Of a stretch of 64,000 bases of DNA, positions 25,265-37,300 are shown piece by piece; the stretch's first letter is position 1, and each line of letters starts with the position of its first letter. The position numbers and the translations under genes are program-made. The notes under the pieces are model-generated. The model saw only the letters and a list, made by a program, of their open reading frames with translations, did not search any database and had not been told where the DNA came from. The stretch comes from Macrostomum hystrix (Eukaryota > Animalia > Platyhelminthes): NCBI GenBank assembly GCA_950097015.1, contig CATNEN010000038.1:33604001-33668000 (forward strand), written 5' to 3'.

Positions 25265-27134
25265 ATGTACGCCGAGTACAAACGGCGAGCTGCTGCGGTC
25301 GAAGTTCAACCGCTTAGCAACGGCTCCAGCCAGCTGCATTTTGAGCAGCAGCTCAGCACTGATGTCAAGCGTCAGCCCCGAGACAAGCGCCGAGAATCTC
25401 AGCCAGCGCTGCTGCACAATATCCCAACTAAGGGAAGGAAACTTGTGCTACACTTCGACGCCAGGAACACAATCTTTGTCGCGGACTTGTTCTCAAGGAT
25501 TACGGTGGAAATGGCGCTAAACACTTACATATCTGGTGTAGTGTGGGGTAAGTCCAGGATTGGGTTCTAGTTAACATCCTGGTTTGCGAAGAGCTTTAAA
25601 GTCTTGAAAGGGATTAGTGTGGCAGAGCGTTCAACTCTCGCACCAAGGTCCCTAGCTCGAATTCTTGACGTAGCTTTAAGTATTTGCGCCCATGGATAGT
25701 GGACATCGGTTGATGATTTAAAATCCAGGGTAGATGTACACACTTTTGTGCGTTTTTGGGATCAGCGGAATGGGAATGTACTACTACGATCCGGTCATAA
25801 GAGTGGTAATAAAAATATAATAATAATTAGTGCAGGAGTGCAGCAGGCAATGGCACATCATTTGGTGACACTAGACCCGCAGCCAGCGAGGAAGCAATTC
25901 TGCCCATTTCGCTGACTCCTGAGCACACAAGCACTCGGATACTGTAAGCAGGCATACGCTCACAAAGGTGTGTACATCTGCCATGACCTTTTCATGGTTA
26001 GGCAGTGTACACTTTCACTATATGCCTTGGAGGTTGGCAATCAAGGGCGTAAATTGCACGACAAACCCCACGAATTCTCTCCGCGGCTGCGCCCCAAATA
26101 AATGTGGCCTCGCCGGGAATTGAGCTCTGGGACATTGGTGCGAGTCGCAAACGCGTTAACCGCTCTGCCACCGACCCCCGGTATCAAGCTAGAAATAAAA
26201 CGGCACTATAAATTCAGGCGTCTCTGAAGCGGACGGCCACTGGAGATGCATCAGCGAGCAGCCGTCGGTTCATCCGCCGCATGCGGGCGTGACGTCGCTC
26301 TACAAGCTGTTCGAGAAGGATATTGTGCGCGTTCCCGAGGACAGGCAGCGGTTGCGCGAGACTCTGGGCAATTTCACTGAGCAGCCGCACGGCAGCAAAT
26401 TTCGATCCGTGTTCGACGTCAATTTGGCCAAGCTGCGCTGGCCCTACGACGAGATCGACGATAGGCTGACGGTGACGGGCAAGGACGGGTCGGCTTATCA
26501 CTACCTGCTGCCGGCATTTCTCAACCTGGTGCAGGCGATAGACGCCTCTGGACGAGATTTCTGCGTCGTGATTCGCACCTTCGGTCGAGACGCGCCGCAC
26601 ATTCTGAATGCGTTGAACCTGATGCGCCAGGGCAAGCATCCCGGATACGACAGGAAGCTGTCCGCCCCGATCAATCTCCAGCCGGAGTCATTCGACCGCA
26701 TTGGCAGGGACGAGTTCAAATACTTCAAAAGCGACGGCAGCGTGCTGCACAATGAACGAGAAGTCTACGAGCACTGGAACAACAGCTCTGGAATAATGGC
26801 TGTGGTGGACGACTTCGCGTACTGGCAGGCCAATCAGTACCACCACACGGCGTCTAAGTTCCTGTGGTATGATCCCTGCGACACTGATCATCAGCACATC
26901 ATGTTTGACGACAACATTCGCTTGCACGACGAGGACAACATCATCAATGTGAAGGTGTTCGACGGGCCTAATGCCGCTTGCGCTCGCGACTGTCGACCAA
27001 AGGAAGCAGCGCAACTGGAAGGCTCTCTGTTTGTGCCTGCGAATCTCATTGAGAGCATCGCGGATCCAAATTACTTTATTGATAGGGTGCTGCAGTGCGA
27101 GGCCAGCTACTCGAGGATGCTTGAAGTTCTGTAA
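25265..27134 (+). CDS. Uncharacterised HAD-like protein; exons (25236/)25265-25547 and 26218-27134
   Basis: In-frame join TGG G|gt..ag|GC GTC. Motifs RKLVLHFDARNTI, VVIRTFG and HIMFDDNI are spaced like HAD motifs I, II and IV. Strong coding codon pattern. Confidence 0.75.
25609..25830 (+). mobile_element. tRNA-derived SINE (related subfamily) with (AAT)n tail
   Basis: Head GTGTGGCAGAGCG..CTCGCACCAAGGTCC..CTCGAATTC. Shares AGATGTACAC and TCAGCG-AATGGG with the SINE at 25831-26180. Confidence 0.55.
25831..26180 (-). mobile_element. tRNA-derived SINE, near full length
   Basis: The minus strand starts GGTCGGTGGCAGAGCGGTTAACGCG..GAGCTCAATTCCCGGCGAGGCCAC. The body recurs at 41110-41340, 46479-46548 and 47386-47700. 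Confidence 0.8.
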
Positions 27135-29749
27135 GTTTCCAAAGTAAGCCTTGGATAAGGATATCGAAGACATTTTTAAAGACGCATTATAGGAGTAAAA
27201 ATAGTACTCTTATAATACAAACACAGTTTTTCACTTCGAATAGATTTTTTTTACTCATTCAGTGGCTCTCGCAACAAAACATGCGCAGTTTTTTGAGACT
27301 CCAGAAAAATTGAATAATGCTTTTTTTATGAAGCATTGCAATGTTCGTGAGCTACTGATTATCATCAAATTATATTAACTGCACATTTAACAGATTTAAC
27401 TAATTTAGCTGTGTATTCAAACAAAGTTTTTCGATGCACAAAAGCCAACGTTTGAAAACAAAAACTGCATTTACTACAAAAATTTCCTGCCTGCTCAGAG
27501 AACGTAATAGAATTTGCAACTATTTTGTGTACTGAAAGTTAAAATGTGTTTCTCTTTGATAACGATTTATTCTTATTTTATAGAGCTTACATATGCGCTG
27601 TACATATTCATGAATAAAATTATGGGTTCACGCTACAAGCTGTGAAGTGTGACCCATAATATTATTCATTTTCTTCTTGAATTGTTTTTTTTTAATAATT
27701 TGCTTGCATCCATTTTTAACTTAAATATGTGCAAGATTAATTCTGACTTTTAGTTGGCTGCGTCCTCTACTGCAGACAGAAAATAAATACAAAATAATGA
27801 CTATTATTTTATAATTGGCAAGTCATTTAACATCTGACATTCGATTAAATATTTCTCACGGTGAATTGTAGAATTACTTTTTGCTATACAAAATTACTCT
27901 GCGAGTTGTCCATAAACTGCTAAAACATTTATGATATCCACATTTATACCCACCGCTACAACCAATCAGCTCGCGGATGGGGTGGGAGGTCAAATGCTTG
28001 CAACCAATCGAATGCAAGCTAAGGGTTCCATCACATGTATAGATTCAAAAAAATCAACTGAAAAGAAATTAATCAACCCACAAAATAGCGGAGCATGAAT
28101 TTTGAAAATAAAATAACAATAACGTGTTTTTTAGGCCGCGGCAGAGGTACAATTACATCATTATTTTAGATATAAAATATTTTTACTCTTGTGTATCCAT
28201 CTGACATCTATATAAAACAATTACTAGGAAGGCATATAGCTAGGTTCTCCAGGTCGACATGTATATACGTACAAGGACATATGGCGCCAGGTGTGAAATC
28301 TTCCTGTACACTTTACCATGCTGTTGGCCACAGTCGTGTGCTGCACCATTGGTGTACTGATAGGCCCTTCCAATATAAGGAAAAGCGCGCTTCCCAGACC
28401 TCGTAATTTGAAGCCACAAGATCGAAAGGTTAATTATTCGAGGTAGCGGCACGCGTCGGCCTAGTCCCGATCGTAAAAAGGCGGAACAGTGAAGAAAGAC
28501 CAAAGGTTAATTCTGACTATTCGGACCGACATTAGCTGAGCTGAAATGATGCGCATCGCATGCAGACGCGTAGACGAAGACCAAGTGAAGCTATATATAG
28601 CTCGCACACGTACTGCCATTCGCCCTCCACCTTACTACCTCGGTGCGGTCTGATGCTCAACGTGGAGGACTTTTAGCGATGCAGAGTACCAGGATGGGAT
28701 CTACCAGTCATTTTGCCCCCACCAGAGGTATCGCCTATTTGATAGGCGGTGGTCGAGACAGTTGGCACTGCAGAAACGGGAAGCTGCTAAATCGGCAGCT
28801 CGAATCTGATTTATGCAGTAGCGAGTGCTCCACGCGGCCTTTTAAACTCATAAACGTGGGCAATGATGCCCTAAACAAAAAGGGCCCTTGTACAACGCCC
28901 GCTTTTTGAATATTGTTGTAAATGAAGAAAGCTGTGCCCTGAACGAAGCAATTCAGAGAATTCATTAATTGAGTTCGGCCTGTCATTAATATACGGATCG
29001 CAGAAAGGCTTATATTGTAATGGGTACATTGCATTCGACTAATGTACGAATGTAATGTACCCAGCTCTGTAGTATTACGGCATCCTTGCGCTTTAGAGAG
29101 TTTTAGCAAGATTAGAGTTGATTAGTTAGCGTTCAGTTGAAGTATGACTTTGACTAACGATTACACTTACGAAACTCATTGACGAAATCAGCGGAAAGTC
29201 CGAAAATTTAAACTCACTTTTGTGTTTTTTAATTCACTAGGCCTAACTAAATATATCTGATCCTGAAATGAAATGATAGATAGCCTTTCTAACGTTCAAC
29301 GATTACTAAATGCTACTCGTGTATCAGTATATTTGTAGTGACGTCGCGAAAGTTCGATAATAATTAATTTCTAATTATTTTCCCTCTACATGTTCGTATC
29401 CTCGGTATCGTGATATAATATGAATATATGATGATGTACTTTGTATGGTCGAATGTGATGTTACCAACTTCAGTCCTCAACGTCCGTCTTAACATCAAAC
29501 TAAAACTTAGTCCTAAGGCTAAGGGCCTAAGTGAACTTAGTTACTTTTACCCACCATAACTGTATAAAATCAGAATTATACAGAACTATTCTATATAGTA
29601 AAAAATATTTTCTTTAGTTGATTTACATCTACTTAGCGACCGACCTGTCTAGCAACTATGCACTAGCTAGCCTAGGCTCTAGCTATCATGTGCACAAACT
29701 TTTAATGAGGCATATTGTCTTATTAGTATATTATCTCTAGATACTTTAT

Positions 29750-29862
29750 CTTAGTCAGTCAGTCAGTCAGTCAGTTAGTTAGTCAGTTAGTTAGTTAGTT
29801 AGTTAGTCAGTTAGTTAGTTAGTCAGTGAGTTAGTCAGTCAACTTTCAGATTTTATATAGCT
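29750..29862. repeat. (AGTC/AGTT)n microsatellite next to a possible Helitron-type 5' end remnant
   Basis: The microsatellite is seen directly. The minus strand reads CTATATAAAATCTGAAAGTTGACTGAC. Confidence 0.6.
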
Positions 29863-30596
29863 ACTTCAATAATGATGCTAGGCCCCCCCTATACATAGTT
29901 AGCAGTATGGTACAAGAATCCCTAAGCTTTTTTATAATTTTAGCTATGCTTAGTTGATCAATTGATCAGTAGTTATCTATCAGTAAATATAGCTTTGCTG
30001 GCTTTGGCTAAATCTAAAAAAACAAACAAAAACTTCACATGTTTTAAAGCTGAGTTTGGCATTAGAGTTTGACATACTCTCATCTGGCTCAAGAGTTTGT
30101 TAAATTAAGTTTTATTTAAAATGAAATGTCTGTTTGGGAATGTATACATCTCATTCTCAACATAGGCCCTATAGATTTAAGCACAATTTTCTTGATATTG
30201 TAATCTAGATTGTACCATGTAAGCCTAAGGGGCCTTGCTACAATGGCCTTTATAACCTAAAATATGTCAAAATTGGTAATAACTGTATGATGAGTTTAAC
30301 TTTATTTTATATAATAAGAACAACAAATAATTACTTACAGATTATATGTAATGTATATACTAGCTTTTTTTGCCCATTGTTTTTGGGGCAGAAATTTAAA
30401 GCAAAGCAGTAAGCAATTCACGTCTCTGTATTAACTTTATAGTGAAGATCACCATTTATTTATTTACTGCATGAATGAAAAGTGAAGAGTTTGTTTAAGG
30501 GCGTTTTAAGTAAAAAATAAGTGAAAAGTTTGTCCAAACAGCCCCCTCTTGATTACTTCTTTAGAAACATGTCTCTTAGCCACTCCTCTATACAGT

Positions 30597-30868
30597 CAGT
30601 GGCAGATCCAGGAATTTTGTTTTGGGGCGGTCTGTCAGGGGAGCGCCATGAGAATCACAGAGGGGGTGCCAGCGGCCGAAAAAGAGCGCCAGGAGCCAAG
30701 AAAGGGCGCAAGCGGCTGAAAAACGGGAGCCAGCGGCTGAAAAAGGGGCGCCAGCGGCCGAAAAGGGGCGCCAGTGCTGCGACTGGCGCCCTTGGTGGGG
30801 GCATCTTATTCCCATGATTAAAATTTAGGGGGGCGACTGCCCCCCCGCCCCCCCTAAATCTGCCTCTG
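30597..30868. mobile_element. hAT-type MITE nested in the Helitron
   Basis: Imperfect TIRs CAGTGGCAGAT / ATCTGCCTCTG and a perfect 8-bp TSD TATACAGT at 30589-30596 and 30869-30876. Confidence 0.88.
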
Positions 30869-31020
30869 TATACAGTATGCATGTACACGCGTATACATAA
30901 GGAAAATAGCCATGGCATAACAATAACAATGTCAAAGAAACAAAATTAAACTGTTTCAGAGTTCAGAGTTAGACAGGTCAAGGTCAATTCGTGACTACTT
31001 TTCTATTAATTGCTTGCGAG

Positions 31021-31680
31021 TCACCTCAAGGCCTGGGGATACACCACATTCTTTGTTCTTCCCCTTGGTGCGAAAATAAATAGGCCAGCTGGAGTTCCAA
31101 CACGGGAGCAGGCGACATAAAGCTGCCCATGCGAGAAGCAAGGAGTCTCCAGGTTGATGCCAGCCACCTTCAGCGACTGTCCCTGAGCCTTGTTAATAGT
31201 CATCGCAAAGCACACTCTTACAGGGAACTGCAGTCGCTTGAACTGAAATGGCAGGTCCGTGGGGATAATTGGAATCCAGGGAACGAACACGGACTCTCTT
31301 CTGCCAGATCCAGTCATTATCGTGGCCTCAATCACGTGTGGGAAGAGCCGCCTGACTATCAGTCTGGTGCCGTTACACAGCCTTGGCGCATTCAGGTTGC
31401 GGAGGAGCATAATTAGTGCCCCAACTTTCAGCTGCAAGTTGTGCGATGGAGTTCCAGGAGGATCTAGAGAGTTCAGAAACTCAACAGGATACTCCACAGA
31501 GGTGTCATCAGTCAACGTTGTATCAATTGACTTGTAGGTGAAAACTGCACCTGGCAACTCCTGAAGCAGTTGGTAGTTAATTTCGTTGGCGGCATCATTT
31601 CTAAGACACAGAATTGCCCTCTCTGACAGCCAGTCAACGTCAGCATATCGAACCATCAGGTTCGGGTAAACTTTTGCCTT
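31021..31680 (-). pseudogene. C-terminal fragment of Helitron RepHel PIF1-like helicase
   Basis: WLSERAIL, PVEFLNSL, IMLLRNL..LCNGTRL, FKRLQFPVRVCFAMTINKAQGQSL, FSHGQLYVACSRV, TKNVVY. The Rep domain and helicase motif I are absent. Confidence 0.92.
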
Positions 31681-34302
31681 GAGCTTTTTTGACGATTTTT
31701 GAGCAGTTTTTTGCACTTTTGAGCAGGAAGGAAATGATTTTTTGGGAATTTGAGTAGCCTATTGCACTCAGCATAGGTGGTTTTAGGTATGTGCAAAGTT
31801 TGGTGCGATTTGGTTGAGCGGTTTCGGCATCTATAAAGACAAAAGACAGACACTGGGACGCCACCGCACTCACCGCACTCAGTCTCAGTGCTGCTTGGGG
31901 GCCAGTAGACAGTCTAGGGGTTTGGGCTGTGTACATTCACGGCTTGAAATACAATGTACAGTCTGGGGCTTCGGCGCCCGGGGAAGGGAGGGGGTGGCTG
32001 TAATAAAATTTGGCCCGCAGAGTGGCGGAGGGGAGTTGGGGTGGCTGTCCTCGGAAAACAAAAAGTGACTCACTTTGAGATGATGCAGCTTGCTCTGGAT
32101 TGAGTAGAGATGTTCACAATTGACAGCTTTGTTGGAAAACATGTAAAGTGTAAGTGGATCAAATTTGGAGAAAATCTGACAAAGTGGGGCGACGATATGT
32201 CGAATTGAGTGATTTTTTGACAATTTTTGAGCAGTTTTTTGCACTTTTGAGTAGGAAGGAAATGATTTTTCGGGAATTTGAGTAGCCTATTGCACTCAGC
32301 GTAGGTGGTTTTAGGTATGTGCAAAGTTTGGTGCGATTTGGTTGAGCGGTTTCGGCATCTATAAAGACAAAAGGTTGCACACACACACACAGACAGACAG
32401 AGTTTTCACTTTTATATATATAGATTCAGTGGCCTTAGTATACTGGATAATAAAAATCTTCAGTGTTTGTTTGAATAATCACAAACACTCACTATTAGTT
32501 AGTAAAATCAATTACTAATGTTTACTCACTAAAACAGAAACCCAAGAAGAATGTGTCTAGACCCATTGTCATGTCATGGTATAATTCTACTCCGCTTCAT
32601 ATTGAAACGTGTGCCAAGGTCCTAGGAACTTATACCAGGTTTTCTAGGATTTGTGACAATAAATGACCTTTTGTGTGTTACACATTTTGCCTACTTTATA
32701 AACACTTCTGCTTTACCCACTTCAGTCACCAAACACAATGCACTAGTTAATACCATATTGTACATTTTTACATTTCTGAGACGGACATAACTTACAAAAA
32801 GTCGAAAAGGTGGTTTTCATTTAAAGTAAATTGGGTTATAGATAATGCCAACAAAAATCAAGTTTTTGTTAAACTTTTTTTAGAAAATTACACAATTAGT
32901 TTGTGTGGAATTTAAAATTTTTATAAATCACGGATAGTTATGAACTTTCATTTTACAAGTTTAAGGTTTTTTATTTTATAATATGCCAAAAATATTTTAC
33001 CTCATTTTTTACACCAATTGTTCGCTGAAAATTTCCGGCATTATGTATATCATCCTGACTATGGGTCTAGCTAGCTAAATAGATCTAGACCTAGCTAAAT
33101 AAAGATGTTCTTACTGTTCAGTTATGCTTGCTTTGTCTTATCCATTTGCTAAAAATGATTGTTTGAATTTAGGCTAAAAACTAAAAGTCTGTTTAGTGTA
33201 ATTAATATACATATGTAGAAATCACAAGTTTTATGATTATGAGAGCCAATTAGACTTATTAACAGTTGGACTACCAAGTCTTTTTGCCACCCATTTTTAA
33301 TCCAATGGGATGCTAAACTTTTTTGGCAGTGCCTGGATGCTAAGAGTGTTGGGTGGTGACTTATTGGATAACAGACTAGACAATGGTATACTATGGTTGA
33401 GCTGCACCTAATATTTTGGCTTGAGCAGTGAAATCGGAGAAATTCGCATCAGGGTGTCCATAGTGGCCTATTTCCACCAGTTGTAGCCCTTGATGGTCTA
33501 GTAAATCTGTCTAGATAAAGGTAGGTGACTACCAAAGATAGAGAAGATGCAGGCACATTTGGGTGACATGCTGATAATTTTCTATGGCTTTGTAATGCCG
33601 CACTTATTTCATAAAGGGGTATATGAAATACACTAGGACTATAGAAAAAATCTGAACTTTGGCCAGAACCATTGAATATCTTGCTGGTCTGCAAAGCTAA
33701 ATTGAATTGTCACTGGCGACCTGATTCTGTTTCAGAAGATACGCAACAAAAAGTTAGTTCATGTTATTGAGTTTTGTGTGCTTGCATTGCTCTGTTTGGG
33801 TGAACCACAAAAATTGTCAAAGGGGGATTTCTCAGTGGGGAAAACTCCGCCCCCTTGGTAGTTCTACTGTTTTTAGGTTCTTAGGCAATTTTAAGGTTCT
33901 TATAGGCCTAGCTGCTTCATTAACTATGCAAAATATAGCACCAGAATCAGTAGGCTTATTAGGTAATCTTGAAGATTCTGTCATTGCCCCATTATCCTGG
34001 ATAATCATGTAGTGCAGTCTGCTTTGTTTGCTGTTGCTACTTTCTTTTACTATCACTACTATTTCATTGTATGATTCGTTCTGTTACTATCCAAAGTTTG
34101 CTTAATGGTGTACATCATAACCATATAAAAATAGGCACTATACAGTTTATGCTTGTGTTAATTTCAAACTATTGCTTTCTAGCCATACCTGCTGACATTC
34201 TATAAGTTCAACCGTTCATCTAACCCACACTGAATGCCTACAAATTAAATAAGTATTAATAAAGAAGCTGGGTGTTTCGCACCAATTAGTTAATTTAGAG
34301 TG

Positions 34303-37300
34303 ATGCAAGGTCAAAGGGGCCGAGGTGGTTGGCTGAAATTTTCCTCAAACAGTCGCCAACAATTTCGTCCTAATCAGCAGCAGCCACTCCAGCAGACAAA
34401 GGAGAAGTCAGCTCAGCAGATCCAAGGCAAAGTAGTATTGCTGAACGATAGCCAATTCGAAGTGCGCTCCAGTTATCATCCTGGCCTTTTGCAATTGCTC
34501 AAATCGGTGCCGTCGCGCACTTATGACCCGGCCACTCGCAATTGGTCATTTCACGCCAGAGACTATGACCATTTTATGCGCCTGCTCAGAGACGCTGAGC
34601 CCAGTTTGCGGAGAGAATTGCGCATTGAGCCATTGCCATCTAACATTGCCGTCATACTGGCCAGGAAGCACCGACAGCCTCAGCCATCTGCCACTGTAAG
34701 CATGCTAGGACCAGTCACAGCGGTCAGGAGTTTAACCCGAAATAAACAGCCAACACTCTATAAACCAAATGAACGGCTACTTTCATCAAGAAATGAGCAG
34801 CATCTTTCATACCCGAAATGAACAGCCACTTTCGTCCTGAATCCCGAAATGAACAGCCACTTTCGTCCTGAATCCCGAAATGAACAGCCACTTTCGTCCT
34901 GAATCCCGAAATAAACAGCCACTTTCATCCAGATTCCCAAAATGAACAACTACTTTCATCCTTGAAACGAACAGCCACTTTTTATCTTGATTTCCGAAAT
35001 TAACGGCCGCTTTAATCCCCGAAACGAACAGCCACTTTTATATTGATTTCCAAAATTAACGTCCACTTTAATCCCCGAAACGAACAGCCACTTTCATCTT
35101 GATTTCCGAAATTAACGGCCACGTTCATACCCCAAATGAGCTGCCACTTTCATCTTGATTTCCGAAATTAACGGCCACTTTAATCCCCGAAACGAATAGC
35201 TACTTTCATCCTGATTCCCGAAATGAACAACTACTTTCATCCTTGAAACGAACAGCCACTTTTTATCTTGATTTCCGAAATTAACGGCCGCTTTAATCCC
35301 CGAAACGAACAGCCACTTTTATCTTGATTTCCGAAATTAACGGCCACATTCATACCCCAAACGAGCTGCCACTTTCATCTTGATTTCCGAAATTAACGGC
35401 CGCTTTAATCCCCGAAACGAACAGCCACTTTTATCTTGATTTCCGAAATTAACGGCCACATTCATACCCCAAACGAGCTGCCACTTTCATCTTGATTTCC
35501 GAAATTAACGGCCACTTTAATCCCCGAAACGAACAGCCACTTTTATCTTGATTTCCAAAATTAACGGCCACTTTCATCCCCGAAACGAACAGCTACTTTC
35601 ATCTTGATTTCCGAAATTAACGGCCACTTTAATCCCCGAAAAGACAGCACAGCCATTTTCAACCTGAAATGAACACAGTACACATGTAAAAATCAATTTT
35701 ATTAACCTCCGCAGTTGCAAGCTTCCGTGCCATCATCGTCGCACGACTCAGGCCCGCCGGACGCCGTCCAACTAGGCCAAGTGATTGGCCGCGATCTTGT
35801 TGAATCTTTATTACCATTTCAACTGCGCGGCGTTCAGTTTGTTATTGGCAAAGGCGGTCGTGCGCTCATTGGGGACGATATGGGCTTAGGCAAGACTGTA
35901 CAGGCGATTGCCTGTGCTTTGTACTATCGATCTACTGACTGGCCTGCGCTCATTGTTGCGCCATCGTCTGTGCGCTACGCCTGGCGCAGTCAGGTTCTGC
36001 GATGGGCTGGCCACGCACTGTCCGAAAGAGATATTCTGGTTTGTAGCCTTTTGTTTGCCAGTGATTTTTAGGGCGGGTCCTTCTAACTCTTCAGGACCTC
36101 ATTTCACTCTTACCCTCTCCTTACTTTACTTCAGGATCTCTTATTTCGTTACTTTAGGGCCCCTCGTTTCATTACTTCTTTGCCACTACTTTCGTTACTT
36201 GAGGGCCTCTTCTTTCGTTACTTCTTTGCCACTACTTTCGTTAGTTTAGGGCCTCTCGTTTCATTACTTCTTTGCCACTACTTTCGTTACTTTAGGGCCT
36301 CTCGTTTCATTACTTCTTTGCCACTACTTTCGTTACTTTAGGGCCTCTCGTTTCATTACTTCTTTGCCACTACTTTCGTTACTTTAGGGCCTCTCGTTTC
36401 ATTACTTGTTTGCCACTACTTTCGTTAGTTTAGGGCCTCTCGTTTCATTACTTCTTTGCCACTACTTTCGTTAGTTTAGGGCCTCTCGTTTCATTACTTC
36501 TTTGCCACTACTTTCGCTAGTTTAGGACCTCTCGTTTCGTTACTTTAAGATCTCTCATTCGTTACCTCAAATCTTCTCCTTTATTTACTTAAGGGCTTTT
36601 CCTATTATCATCTAAATAATGATCTCCTTATCAAAACAGGTGCTAGATAATTGCAAGGCTGCGACTAGTAAGCAAGAGAGCCTGGCTCCATTAACAATAG
36701 TGAGCTACGATCTACTGCATCGCTGCGCCGATCAACTGGCTTCAAACTGCTATCGTACTATCATCTTTGACGAGAGTCACTTTTTAAAGAATCCAAAAAC
36801 TGCCCGCTCCAAAGCCGCAATCCTTGTTGCCAAGTCGGCCAACCGTCTTCTGCTTCTGTCCGGCACGCCGGCCCTGTCTAGGCCTGCCGAACTCTTCACC
36901 CAGATTTCAATGATCCGGCCGAAACTATTTCCTGGCGGATTCCATGAGTTCGGTAGGCGCTACTGCGATGCGAAGCAGCGTACCTGGGGCACCGACTATT
37001 CCGGCAGTTCCAATATGCCCGAGCTGCAGGTTCTGCTAGAGGACTCGCTTATGATTCGACGCTTAAAGTCTGATGTGCTGGATCAATTGCCGGCTAAGCG
37101 AAGGCAAATGGTACGCTTGTAGTAGTATGCATTGTCTGGTTCATTGACAGTTGACATCTGATTGACAGCTGACATCTGATGACATCTGATTGACAGTTGA
37201 CATCTGATTGATAGTTTGAATATTATTGACAGTAGAAATCTGATTGGCGGATGACACTTGACTGAGCCATTAGAAATTGGGTATAACCAAGAGTACTTAG

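Larger units (their letters stand above)
30360..32424 (-). mobile_element. Non-autonomous (internally deleted) Helitron
   Basis: Minus strand: A|TCTATATATATAAAAG 5' end at 32424; 3' hairpin TGCCC..GGGCA (30371-30390) followed by CTAG|T at 30363-30360; no TSD; carries a PIF1 helicase remnant. Confidence 0.9.

Noticed and set aside
31021-31716. Host PIF1 helicase gene
   Set aside because: It is an intronless fragment lacking motif I, bounded by Helitron termini, and its ORF start derives from the duplicated element end.
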